64,000 bases of DNA. Origin: Gemmatimonadota bacterium. Lineage in GTDB: Bacteria > Gemmatimonadota > Gemmatimonadetes > Palauibacterales > Palauibacteraceae. The DNA lies in contig JAWOIN010000143.1 of NCBI GenBank assembly GCA_046484665.1, positions 21,585-85,584 of the forward strand. The letters run 5' to 3'. Shown here piece after piece: positions 50,252 through 58,974 of the stretch; within the stretch, counting starts at the first letter, position 1, and each line of letters starts with the position of its first letter. The translations under genes and the position numbers were made by a program. Below the pieces are notes generated by a model, which was not told the DNA's origin, ran no database searches, and was given only the letters and a program-made list of their open reading frames with translations.

Positions 50252-51613
50252 ATGCTGCAACGCGGACCGGTCCGGACTGCAATTATCACAGCAGCTTTCG
50301 CTGCAGCGGTCCTGCTCGTCTCCCTCGTATTCTATTACCCGCCGACATTAACCCGTCACTATGTTGTTGCTTTTGTTACTCTTGTTGCACTGAGCGTTGC
50401 GGCGACACTGCTACATCTCAAGTTCACTGAGGCTGGGTCCACGTCCTCGATGGACTTCGTTCCAGAACTTGGTGCCATCCTCTTGCTCGGTCCTTCAGGG
50501 GCCGTTTTGGTCACTCTTGCCTCGGAACTCATCTCAGAGTCACTGCTCGAGCGTACGAAGCCGGCCTACAAGAAGCTGTTCAACGCCTCACAGCTAATCC
50601 TTGCGGTAGGTCTAGCCGGTCTCGCATTCGCGGAGTTCGGCGGCTCGCCAAGCCTAGTTAGCTTTCCAATCGACAAGACATTCGCGCCCTTTGTCGTGGC
50701 TGTTCTTGTCTACTTCGCCGTTAACACGGGTACCGTGTCCTACGTCGTGGCGGCGTCGGAGGACGCTGCATTCCTGACTACATGGAAGAAGTTGACGGGC
50801 GGGCTCATCCTCTTCGATTTAACTATGAGTTCGCTCGCGTTCGCGCTGGCCTGGTTCTATGTCCAAATTGAGAACCCACTCTTCGTACTCTTCGCTATCA
50901 TTCCGCTGATTGGACTGCGGTACTCTTACGGTACGAACTTCGAGCTTCAGCGTCTTAACACGGATCTTCTCCGTCTCATGGTCAAGACCATCGAGGCACA
51001 GGATCCATATACCTCCGGGCATTCCCTCAGAGTCTCAGAATGCGCTCGGGCCATTTGCCAAGACCTAGGTCTTCGCGGAAAACAGCAACGGGATATCGAA
51101 ACGGCAGCCCTCCTTCATGATATCGGGAAGATCGATGTAGCCTACAACGAGATCCTGCGGCAAAAAGGTCCGCTTACGCCCGAGCAGAGACAGTTGATCC
51201 GTGATCACCCTGCGCGCGGCGTGGACATTGTCAGGTCTATCCGGAGCATTCGAAGAGAAGTGCTCGAGTGTATCCGGCATCATCACGAGCGGTGGGACGG
51301 TAACGGTTACCCAGACCAACTCTCCGGTTCTGATATTCCCCTTGGTGCCCGAATAATCATGGTTTGTGACACGATCGACGCTATGACAACAGCGCGGCCA
51401 TACCGTGATCCTCTGCCGATCAGCGTTGTACGCGAGGAGTTGATCAAGCACAGCGATGGGCAGTTTGATCGCAAAATCGTGGATGTGGTCTTCCGTTCGG
51501 GAATCCTCGAGAGAATAGAGGAACACTCGCTCAGCCCGATCAATCGAGCCATCTCACCTCAGACACCGACATCCGAAACCCCAGCGTCTTCCCATTCGCG
51601 AGAAGTCAGCTAG
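50252..51613 (+). CDS. Membrane-bound HD-GYP c-di-GMP phosphodiesterase (multi-TM, MASE9-like N-terminus)
   Basis: Several TM helices, DPYTSGHS.RV, LHDIGK, HHERWDGNGYP, RPYR. Confidence 0.9.
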   Translation: MLQRGPVRTAIITAAFAAAVLLVSLVFYYPPTLTRHYVVAFVTLVALSVAATLLHLKFTEAGSTSSMDFVPELGAILLLGPSGAVLVTLASELISESLLERTKPAYKKLFNASQLILAVGLAGLAFAEFGGSPSLVSFPIDKTFAPFVVAVLVYFAVNTGTVSYVVAASEDAAFLTTWKKLTGGLILFDLTMSSLAFALAWFYVQIENPLFVLFAIIPLIGLRYSYGTNFELQRLNTDLLRLMVKTIEAQDPYTSGHSLRVSECARAICQDLGLRGKQQRDIETAALLHDIGKIDVAYNEILRQKGPLTPEQRQLIRDHPARGVDIVRSIRSIRREVLECIRHHHERWDGNGYPDQLSGSDIPLGARIIMVCDTIDAMTTARPYRDPLPISVVREELIKHSDGQFDRKIVDVVFRSGILERIEEHSLSPINRAISPQTPTSETPASSHSREVS

Positions 51614-54600
51614 GCCTCCACGCCCTCACCATACGACTCCATCTTTGGAGAAAGTGGGGAAACCACGACAACCGGTGTTGAGACATGACTTGCCGAAGGT
51701 CGGGTTCTGGGGTCGCATTCTTCTCAAAGACCATCTTATCGATACACCGAAGCTTCCAACTGCTGACACGATCGAGGTCAGACATAATCAAAGCAGCGTT
51801 CCTAAGCCTTTCGCGCGCGTCTGGTTCGTGCCGACCTATGAAAGCATGAAGCCATTCCAGATGATAAAACTCTTGGGCGCCGCGTGAGTCTTCCATACGG
51901 CGACCCTGCAGGTTCTTCCATGTCCGCATGGCAGACGAAGTGTCTCCGCGCTGCAGTTGCGTTAGTACCAGCCACCCCTGCATTTGGGGCACGAACTCCT
52001 CCGCACCAACGGTCTGCGCCGCATTCAAGGCTCGCGCAAAGAGAGCTTCGGCCTCACGGTTCTTCCCTTGGTAGAAACAAGCAGTCGCACCGTTTAGAAG
52101 TCCCAACAGTGCAACATCTAGAGGATCGGGGAGCTTTCGTTGGGCTTCCTCCACTTTCCCGAGCTGGCGATCGACCTCAACCCAATCTCCCTGCTCCATA
52201 GCCCAGCACGCGAGGTTGTTCCAGACAGCAGTTAGCTGGAGTAGATCGTTTCGCTTCTTTGCCAGCCTTTCTACCTCGGAGAAGTAATAGAACGCCTCGT
52301 CCCAGTTAGCTTGTCTGGAAGATACCATTCCCTGAAGAAGCCTGATTCTCTCACTCCATTCCTGGCCTGCGTCTGCAAGGAAAGGAACTGCTCGCTTCAG
52401 GTATTCCTCAGCGGCCGACGAGGACTCGAAAAAAGTCTTGTATACAGCCTCGCACGAGAGAATGCTCAGATGCGTTTCGATGGAATCCTGATCAGGACCT
52501 TGGTCTCGGCTCGAGAGCTCTTTGAGTGTTGAGGAAATCTCCTCTGCCATCTCCGGATCGCTTTGGCGAATAGCGACTTTCAGGCCCCAGTAGAGTGACT
52601 CTGAAGTTGCGAGGACTTGTGCTGACTTGAGAGAGAGTCCCCTTAGTTCGTCGCGTATGCTCTCTAGGAGCGTCCGACTCTCCTGCCAGTTGGATGTCTC
52701 AGTTAGACAGACCACCATCTTCAGCTTGATCCGAATCACTTCCTCCGGCGGGAGCTCCGGCTGAAGCCGCAGGATCTCCGCGAGGTGCTCGCGGGCGCCC
52801 GCGAGCTGTGCGCTTGCCAGCTCGGACTCGGCCATGAGCCACAGCGCCCCGATCTCCTGCTCGAGGGAGAACGCCGCGGCCCGGGCCAGGCCGGCCATCG
52901 AAGCTGCCTCCTCGTGCCCTCCGGACTCCGCGGCCCGTCGGGCCGCCTCCATCGCGTATCGATACGCCGGCTCCCGGTCGTCCCCGAGCAGGAAGTGACG
53001 CGCCAGCCGTCCCGGGCTCGCGTCCGGCTCCCGCTCGAGGGCGCGTGCCGCCCGGAGATGCAGGGCCGTGCGCCGGAGGCCGCTCATCTCCGTGTAGACG
53101 TACTCGCGCATCAGGTCGTTTATGAAGTCGATCCGGTTCTCGTCGTCGAAGATGATCCCGCGTGCGTATAACTCGGCGCCGTCGTCCGCCGCATCGTCGA
53201 GGTCGATGCCGGACACGGTCGCGAGCAGTCGCGGGGTCGAGTTGCGCTCGAGAACGGCCGCGGACTGAAGGATCCGGTTCGCGCCTTCGGGAAGGCCCTT
53301 GAACCGGACGGCGAGCACGCGGCGCAGCCGCTCGTCGTTCAGGGGGTCCCAGGTCTTCGCGTCCTCCGCCCAGTCCTGGGAGGTCAGCGCGGCGAGAAAC
53401 ACCTCGAGCGCGTAGAAGGGGTTCCCCGCGGCCAGGTGCTTGGCGAGCTCGAGCGCGGGATGATCGCGGCCATCCGGCCTGTAGTGCAGCAGGAGCTTCT
53501 CGATCTGGTCGTCGGGAAGCGGCTGAAGACGGATCTCGGTCGTGTATCCCGAGCCGTCCGGGGGGGTGACGGGAAGGCGGCTCGGCAGCTTCCCCGAGCG
53601 TGGGGCGCGAATCGTCGCCACCAGCAGGAAGCGGCTTCCCTGCAGCCGACGCGAGACGTAGTGAAAGAGGCCGGCGGACGTCGCGTCCATCCACTGGACG
53701 TCGTCGATCGTCCAGATGATCGCCCGCTTCTCCGTCGCGAGGCGGAGCACCGTGGCCACTTCCTCGTACAGCCGCCGCCGCCAGGCGCTCGGGTCCACTC
53801 CCTGGTCCTCGGGAACCGACTTCTGCGGAAAGTCCGGGAGAAGGTATCCCAGTCGAGCGAAGCTCCGGTCTCCGTGAGACGTCGCGAGCACCTCCGCCGC
53901 GATCGGGGCGAGCCCCTCGATGACCGGACCGTACGGCAGCTCCTCCTCTCCGGGATAGCACCGGCTCTCGATCAGCTGCGCCTCTTCGAGGACGAGGCTC
54001 CGGCGAAACTCGCGGAGGAGTCTGGACTTCCCGATTCCGGCCTCGCCGGCGACGAGCACGGCCGTGGCGCGGCCGCGGCCCATGTCGCGGACAGCGCCTC
54101 GCAGGAGGTCGAACTCCGCGTCCCGGCCCACGATCGGGCCCTCGCGATCCAGCGGGCCGCCGCCGGCCGGCTCTCCGAGCGGCGCCGCCCGGATGCGCCG
54201 CGCGAGGTCGCGGGTCTCGTCCGAGACGCCCTCCGACGACTCGTGCCGGAGCAGCTCCACGGCCGCCTCGTAGTGCTCGAGCGCGGCGGCGGGGTCGCCG
54301 TGGAGCCAGAGACCCCGCATCAGCGACCTGTGAGCTTCCTCGTCGAGCGGCGACATGTCGACGAGCTTCAGCGCCGCGACGTACATCTCGCCCCACAGGC
54401 CCTTCGACTCGGACTCGGCCACGTGACGACGGAGCGCGGCTTCGGCCAGCCGCCGCAGCCGGACCCGCTCCGCGTCGAGCCACCGGTCGAACTCCCTGGT
54501 CCCGGCCCCCGTGAGGCTCGGCGCGAACGGGCCACGGTAGATCTCCACCGCCTCCCGCAGCCGGCCTTCACGCACCGCGGCCTCGAAAGCGGCTGCGTCC

Positions 54601-54884
54601 AGACGGATCCGGGTGGGGTCGAGGGCCAGCTGGTCGCCCGGGGCGCGCTCCAGAACGCCATCCGCGTGGTTTCGGAGATCGTAGACGGCCTGGCTCAGGG
54701 AGTGGCGGGCCCGCTCCGGGGCGGAGTCCCAGATCAGCTCGGCGAGGTGCTCCCGCGTGAAACTGCGCCGGCCGGAGGCGGCGAGGTACACGAGCAGCGC
54801 GACGTGCTTCCGGGAGCGGAGCCGCACCGCGGCTCCGTCGGGCCCGCGCAGGTCGATGCCGCCGAGAGACTGGATCTGGATCAT
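51606..54884 (-). CDS. SARP/BTAD + AAA ATPase + TPR transcriptional regulator
   Basis: ALLVYLA..REHLAELIW, PLDEEAHRSLM, Walker A GEAGIGKS, DDVQWMD, GNPFY, TPR-like C-terminus. Confidence 0.88.
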   Translation of the reverse strand: MIQIQSLGGIDLRGPDGAAVRLRSRKHVALLVYLAASGRRSFTREHLAELIWDSAPERARHSLSQAVYDLRNHADGVLERAPGDQLALDPTRIRLDAAAFEAAVREGRLREAVEIYRGPFAPSLTGAGTREFDRWLDAERVRLRRLAEAALRRHVAESESKGLWGEMYVAALKLVDMSPLDEEAHRSLMRGLWLHGDPAAALEHYEAAVELLRHESSEGVSDETRDLARRIRAAPLGEPAGGGPLDREGPIVGRDAEFDLLRGAVRDMGRGRATAVLVAGEAGIGKSRLLREFRRSLVLEEAQLIESRCYPGEEELPYGPVIEGLAPIAAEVLATSHGDRSFARLGYLLPDFPQKSVPEDQGVDPSAWRRRLYEEVATVLRLATEKRAIIWTIDDVQWMDATSAGLFHYVSRRLQGSRFLLVATIRAPRSGKLPSRLPVTPPDGSGYTTEIRLQPLPDDQIEKLLLHYRPDGRDHPALELAKHLAAGNPFYALEVFLAALTSQDWAEDAKTWDPLNDERLRRVLAVRFKGLPEGANRILQSAAVLERNSTPRLLATVSGIDLDDAADDGAELYARGIIFDDENRIDFINDLMREYVYTEMSGLRRTALHLRAARALEREPDASPGRLARHFLLGDDREPAYRYAMEAARRAAESGGHEEAASMAGLARAAAFSLEQEIGALWLMAESELASAQLAGAREHLAEILRLQPELPPEEVIRIKLKMVVCLTETSNWQESRTLLESIRDELRGLSLKSAQVLATSESLYWGLKVAIRQSDPEMAEEISSTLKELSSRDQGPDQDSIETHLSILSCEAVYKTFFESSSAAEEYLKRAVPFLADAGQEWSERIRLLQGMVSSRQANWDEAFYYFSEVERLAKKRNDLLQLTAVWNNLACWAMEQGDWVEVDRQLGKVEEAQRKLPDPLDVALLGLLNGATACFYQGKNREAEALFARALNAAQTVGAEEFVPQMQGWLVLTQLQRGDTSSAMRTWKNLQGRRMEDSRGAQEFYHLEWLHAFIGRHEPDARERLRNAALIMSDLDRVSSWKLRCIDKMVFEKNATPEPDLRQVMSQHRLSWFPHFLQRWSRMVRAWRPS

Positions 54885-54935
54885 GCCGGCACTCCTCTCT
54901 GTTCCCGGGCCCCGATCCGGGCCGGGTCTCAGACC

Positions 54936-54952
54936 ATGATCCGCCGGATCAT
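54936..54952. promoter_or_regulatory. Palindrome ATGATCCG-C-CGGATCAT upstream of the regulator gene
   Basis: Perfect 8-bp arms next to a minus-strand TGaTAAGTT extended -10-like element. Confidence 0.5.
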
Positions 54953-55170
54953 CAACTTATCATCAGATTCTCATCCACGCGGCGGGGGCGGGCAGGAGGG
55001 AGAGCTCGGGGGGAGAAGGCCCAGCTCGTCGCTCCTCACGGAGATGCGCTTGGGCCGACGCTCCGGATCCGCTAGAATGCGGCGTCGTCCGGGACGGCCG
55101 GAAGGGACAATCGGATCGGAGGTATGCGTCGATGCGAGGACGGGTGCGCCCGCTGAGCCGGGGCGATTCC

Positions 55171-56163
55171 GTGAAACGGTGGGGGGCCGTGCTCGTCTTC
55201 GTGCTCGCCGTCGGGGCGTGCACGGGTCCCGAGGGCCCGTCCGAAGAGGAATTCGAGCCCTTCGCGGAGGCCGCGCTGCTGTGGGTCCAGGCGGACGAGT
55301 CGAGGATCCAGATCCTGCTGCCGCTCGACGTGAAGGCGGAGTCGCGGAACGCGGCCTGGATCGTGGACGGCGCGACGAGAGGCCTGTACAGGTTCTCCCC
55401 TCCGGCCGGCGACTACAGGGCGATGGGCGCGCTCGACTTTCCGCCCGAGGAGATCGAGAAGCCCGCCCGGGTGGCCGTGTCGCGGCAGTACGGGCTGTTC
55501 GTGTACGACGAGGAGCTGCGCCTGGTGCAGCTGTTCACTCCGGACGGGGTCCCGGTCCGCGACTTCGCGCCCGATTCCCCGCCGTCCCGGCTCGAGCTCA
55601 CGACCCGGCCGATCGGCCTCGCGATGGCGGGCATCGACGCGACGGCCGACTCGCTGCCGCGGCTCAAGGTGGTCCGCACGGACCTCCGCGGCCTGTCGCG
55701 GGACACCCTCCTGTTCCCGGGCTCGCACGGCCCGGAGGCCCTGTGGGAAGCGATCGCGATCGGCGGCCAGGTCGCGCTCGACGCCAGCGCGGGAGGGATG
55801 TGGGCCCTGGCGCGTGCGGTTCCGGACACGGCCTTCGAGCTCTCGGGGACCCCGGGCGATCGTAAGCGGGTGCTCCGGCCGGAGGACGAGGAGGCGTTCG
55901 GCATCCTCGCAGACCTGGAGCGCGGGATCCTCTGGGTGATCCGCCACGACCCGGAGACGTCGGGCACGCTGCGGTACGCGGCCTACGACCTCGAGCTTCC
56001 CGGCACGGCGACCGCCGACGAGGCGTTCCGCGGCGAGCGCACCACGCCACCGGAATTCCAGCCCCGCGCGGCGGTGGATGGAGTGGTGATCGGGATCCGG
56101 ATGGACGGCGGCCTGCAGAAGCTGGCCGCCTACGACATGCGGGTGCCCGCGCGCGGGCGCTGA
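55171..56163 (+). CDS. Hypothetical lipoprotein (beta-propeller-like)
   Basis: AVGAC lipobox, LFVYD...VQLFTPDG repeat-like segment. Confidence 0.7.
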   Translation: MKRWGAVLVFVLAVGACTGPEGPSEEEFEPFAEAALLWVQADESRIQILLPLDVKAESRNAAWIVDGATRGLYRFSPPAGDYRAMGALDFPPEEIEKPARVAVSRQYGLFVYDEELRLVQLFTPDGVPVRDFAPDSPPSRLELTTRPIGLAMAGIDATADSLPRLKVVRTDLRGLSRDTLLFPGSHGPEALWEAIAIGGQVALDASAGGMWALARAVPDTAFELSGTPGDRKRVLRPEDEEAFGILADLERGILWVIRHDPETSGTLRYAAYDLELPGTATADEAFRGERTTPPEFQPRAAVDGVVIGIRMDGGLQKLAAYDMRVPARGR

Positions 56164-56172
56164 CGGGCGCCG

Positions 56173-56196
56173 GGGCGGCGCGGTGGCGCGCCGCCC
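56173..56196. terminator. GC-rich hairpin between convergent genes
   Basis: GGGCGGCGCG-GTGG-CGCGCCGCCC. Confidence 0.5.
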
Positions 56197-56205
56197 GTCG
56201 CGGGA

Positions 56206-57579
56206 TCAGATCCCGCGGTGCGCGATTTCGTCGTACAGCCGCGCGATCGTCTCGATGCCCTTGTGGTAGACCGAGAGGTCCATCCACTCGTTCGGGGCGT
56301 GCGCGTTTCCGCCCGGGGGCGCGAAGCCGAGCAGCAGGACGGGTCCGCCGAAGATCTCCTCGAACAGCGGCACGATCGGGATCGATCCGCCCTCCCGGAT
56401 GTAGACGGGCTTCCTCCCGAACGACGCCTCGAGCGCGGCGGAGGCGGCCTCGAACACCGGGCTGTCCGGGTCGGCGGCCCACGGGCGACCGCCGTGGTGC
56501 GCCTTCACCCGGACCCGGACGCCGGCGGGCGCCAGCGCCTGCACGTGCTTCGTGAACAGCTCGGCGATCTCGTCGGGGTCCTGGTCCGGCACGAGGCGCA
56601 TCGACACCTTCGCCCGCGCCGTGGCCGGAAGCACCGTCTTCGCGCCCTCCCCCGTGAACCCGGAGATCATCCCGTTCACGTCGAGCGCGGGACGGTACCA
56701 GAGGCGCTCGAGCGTGGTGTATCCGGTCTCCCCCCCGAGGGTGGAGACGCCCGTCTCCTCGCGGAACTCCTCGTCCGTGAACGGAAGCTCGCGGACCGCG
56801 GCGCGCTGGGCCTCGGTCATTGGCCGAACCCGGTCGTAGAACCCGGGGACGGTAACCCGGCCATCGTCGTCCTTGAGCCGGGACAGGATCCCGGCCAGCG
56901 CGAGCGCCGGGTTCACGACGGCCCCCCCGTAGCTCCCGGAGTGGAGGTCGCCGGAAGGCCCGTCGACGAACACCTCCATGTAGGCGATCCCCCGCAGGCC
57001 GGTTCCGATCGAGGGGACGTCGAGGGCCAGCATCCCGGTGTCGCTGATCACCACGGCGTCGCACGACAGCCGGTGGGCGTGGTCGCGCAGGAACCCCTCG
57101 AGGTGCTCGCTGCCGATCTCCTCCTCGCCCTCGAACACGAACTTCACGTTCACCGGCATCCCGACTCCGGTCTTCAGACGCGCCTCCAGGGCCTTCACGT
57201 GCATGTGCACCTGGCCCTTGTCGTCGTTCGTCCCGCGCGCGTAGAGCCGGCCGTCCCGGACCGTCGGCTCGAACGGCGGCGATGTCCAGAGCTCCTCCGG
57301 GTCCACCGGCTGCACGTCGTAGTGCCCGTAGACGAGGAGGGTGGGCAGGTCGGGGTTCACGACGTGCTCGGCCACGACGAAGGGGTTCCCCTCCGTCTCG
57401 ATCACCTCTACCGTCTTCACGCCCGACTTCTCGATCCGCTCCGCCAGCCACCCCGCGCAGCGGGCGACGTCCTTCCGGTAGCGGGTCTCGGTGCTGACGC
57501 TCGGGATCCGGAGGAACTCGGCGAGCTCCGCCTCGAACGCGTCCGCGTGCTCGGCCAGGTACTTCGCGAGTGTGCTCAT
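56206..57579 (-). CDS. M20-family dipeptidase
   Basis: YGHYDVQP, RGTNDDKG, EGEEEIGS, DLHSG, HAPNE. Confidence 0.92.
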   Translation of the reverse strand: MSTLAKYLAEHADAFEAELAEFLRIPSVSTETRYRKDVARCAGWLAERIEKSGVKTVEVIETEGNPFVVAEHVVNPDLPTLLVYGHYDVQPVDPEELWTSPPFEPTVRDGRLYARGTNDDKGQVHMHVKALEARLKTGVGMPVNVKFVFEGEEEIGSEHLEGFLRDHAHRLSCDAVVISDTGMLALDVPSIGTGLRGIAYMEVFVDGPSGDLHSGSYGGAVVNPALALAGILSRLKDDDGRVTVPGFYDRVRPMTEAQRAAVRELPFTDEEFREETGVSTLGGETGYTTLERLWYRPALDVNGMISGFTGEGAKTVLPATARAKVSMRLVPDQDPDEIAELFTKHVQALAPAGVRVRVKAHHGGRPWAADPDSPVFEAASAALEASFGRKPVYIREGGSIPIVPLFEEIFGGPVLLLGFAPPGGNAHAPNEWMDLSVYHKGIETIARLYDEIAHRGI

Positions 57580-58907
57580 TGAACCTGTCTCGTGGAAGAG
57601 TGTGAAACGTCCAGCGCGGCCCCGGGCCCGGTCCCGTCCGGACTCGGTCCTGTGCAGCGCTCCAGCGCGAGCTCGAGCGCGCTCGCGAGCAGGCCCCGCT
57701 CGGCGCTGCCCGACCGGCGGACGGCCTCGTCGACCGCGCCGTCCACGGTGTCGCGGATCGACGCGAACACGGACTCCGGGCGGAGCGGCACGTCGCTCCG
57801 GGCCTGACAGGCGAACGCGTGCGCCGTTCCGCAGCTCGCGATCACGTCCGCGACGACGGCGAACTTCCCGTCCGCCTCCCGCTCGACCGAGGTGTCGCCC
57901 GGCTCGGCCGCCCAGAACGGGTGGTTGGCGCCGGCCACGATCGAGCGGACGCCGGCGGACTCGAGCGCCGCGAGGGCCTCGCGGTCCAGGGTCCCCGAGG
58001 CGGCGGCCGCGACGAACAGGTCGGCCGGCGCCCGCCAGAACGCCTCGTGCGCCCGGGGGGCGTCGACCGCGTCGGGCGTCATCGGGAGCGCGTTCCCCGC
58101 GCGGGACAGCAGCAGGCGCTCGATGTCCCCGGCTCGCAGCCCGTCGGGGCGGAGCATGCCCCGCGCGGCGTCGATGATCCCCACGATCCGGAACCCGGCG
58201 CGCGCCATGTAGAGCGCCGTGGCCCCGCCCACCGCCCCGAACCCCTGCAGCAGCACGCGCGTCTCCCCGGGGGCCCGGCCCTGGTGCCGGAGGAGGCGGA
58301 GCGCCGCGCTCGCGACGCTGTGGCCCGTGACCAGCGCGAACACGCGGGCCTGCTTGCCGGCGAGTCCCAGGGAGTCGGGCACCGGCTGGTCGAGCCCGAC
58401 GTGCATCAGCTCGGAGCGGCGGGCGAGCGCCTCGCCGTCCAGACCGAGGTGACCGCGCAGGATTCCGAGCTGCGGATGCCGGATCCCGATCTCCCGGCAG
58501 CACGGAATGACCTCGTCGATCTCGCTGACGTTCAGGTCTCCCGCCGTTCCGTACCGGGAGAGGAGCTCGTCCCGGATCGACGCGAACCAGCGCCGGAGCA
58601 CCTCGGGCTTGCGGGGATCGGCCGGGTCGAAGTCGATTCCCGACTTCGCGCCCCCGATCGGCGGCCCCGCGAACGCGAACTTCAGCTCCATCGCCTTCGC
58701 CAGGAAGGTCACCTCGTCGCGGGTCACGCCGACCCGCATCCGCGTCCCGCCGCCCGCCGCCCGGCCCTTCAGGCTGTTGATCACGAGCCAGCCCCGGGCG
58801 GCGCTCCGCGGATCGTTCCACGCGAACACGATCTCGGGAGGGGCCCGGAAGAACGCCTCGTAGCGCTCCCAGATCGTCCCAGCGGGGGGGCGGTCGGCCT
58901 GGGTCAT
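57576..58907 (-). CDS. Glu/Leu/Phe/Val dehydrogenase family protein
   Basis: AAGGGTRM, GGAKSGIDFDP, QGFGAVG, AGAN. Confidence 0.87.
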   Translation of the reverse strand: MTQADRPPAGTIWERYEAFFRAPPEIVFAWNDPRSAARGWLVINSLKGRAAGGGTRMRVGVTRDEVTFLAKAMELKFAFAGPPIGGAKSGIDFDPADPRKPEVLRRWFASIRDELLSRYGTAGDLNVSEIDEVIPCCREIGIRHPQLGILRGHLGLDGEALARRSELMHVGLDQPVPDSLGLAGKQARVFALVTGHSVASAALRLLRHQGRAPGETRVLLQGFGAVGGATALYMARAGFRIVGIIDAARGMLRPDGLRAGDIERLLLSRAGNALPMTPDAVDAPRAHEAFWRAPADLFVAAAASGTLDREALAALESAGVRSIVAGANHPFWAAEPGDTSVEREADGKFAVVADVIASCGTAHAFACQARSDVPLRPESVFASIRDTVDGAVDEAVRRSGSAERGLLASALELALERCTGPSPDGTGPGAALDVSHSSTRQVQ

Positions 58908-58974
58908 GCCCCGGACACCTCCGTGGCGCGGGTTCCGGCGCTCCGGGACCGGACCCGGCGCGCCGCGGGACGGT

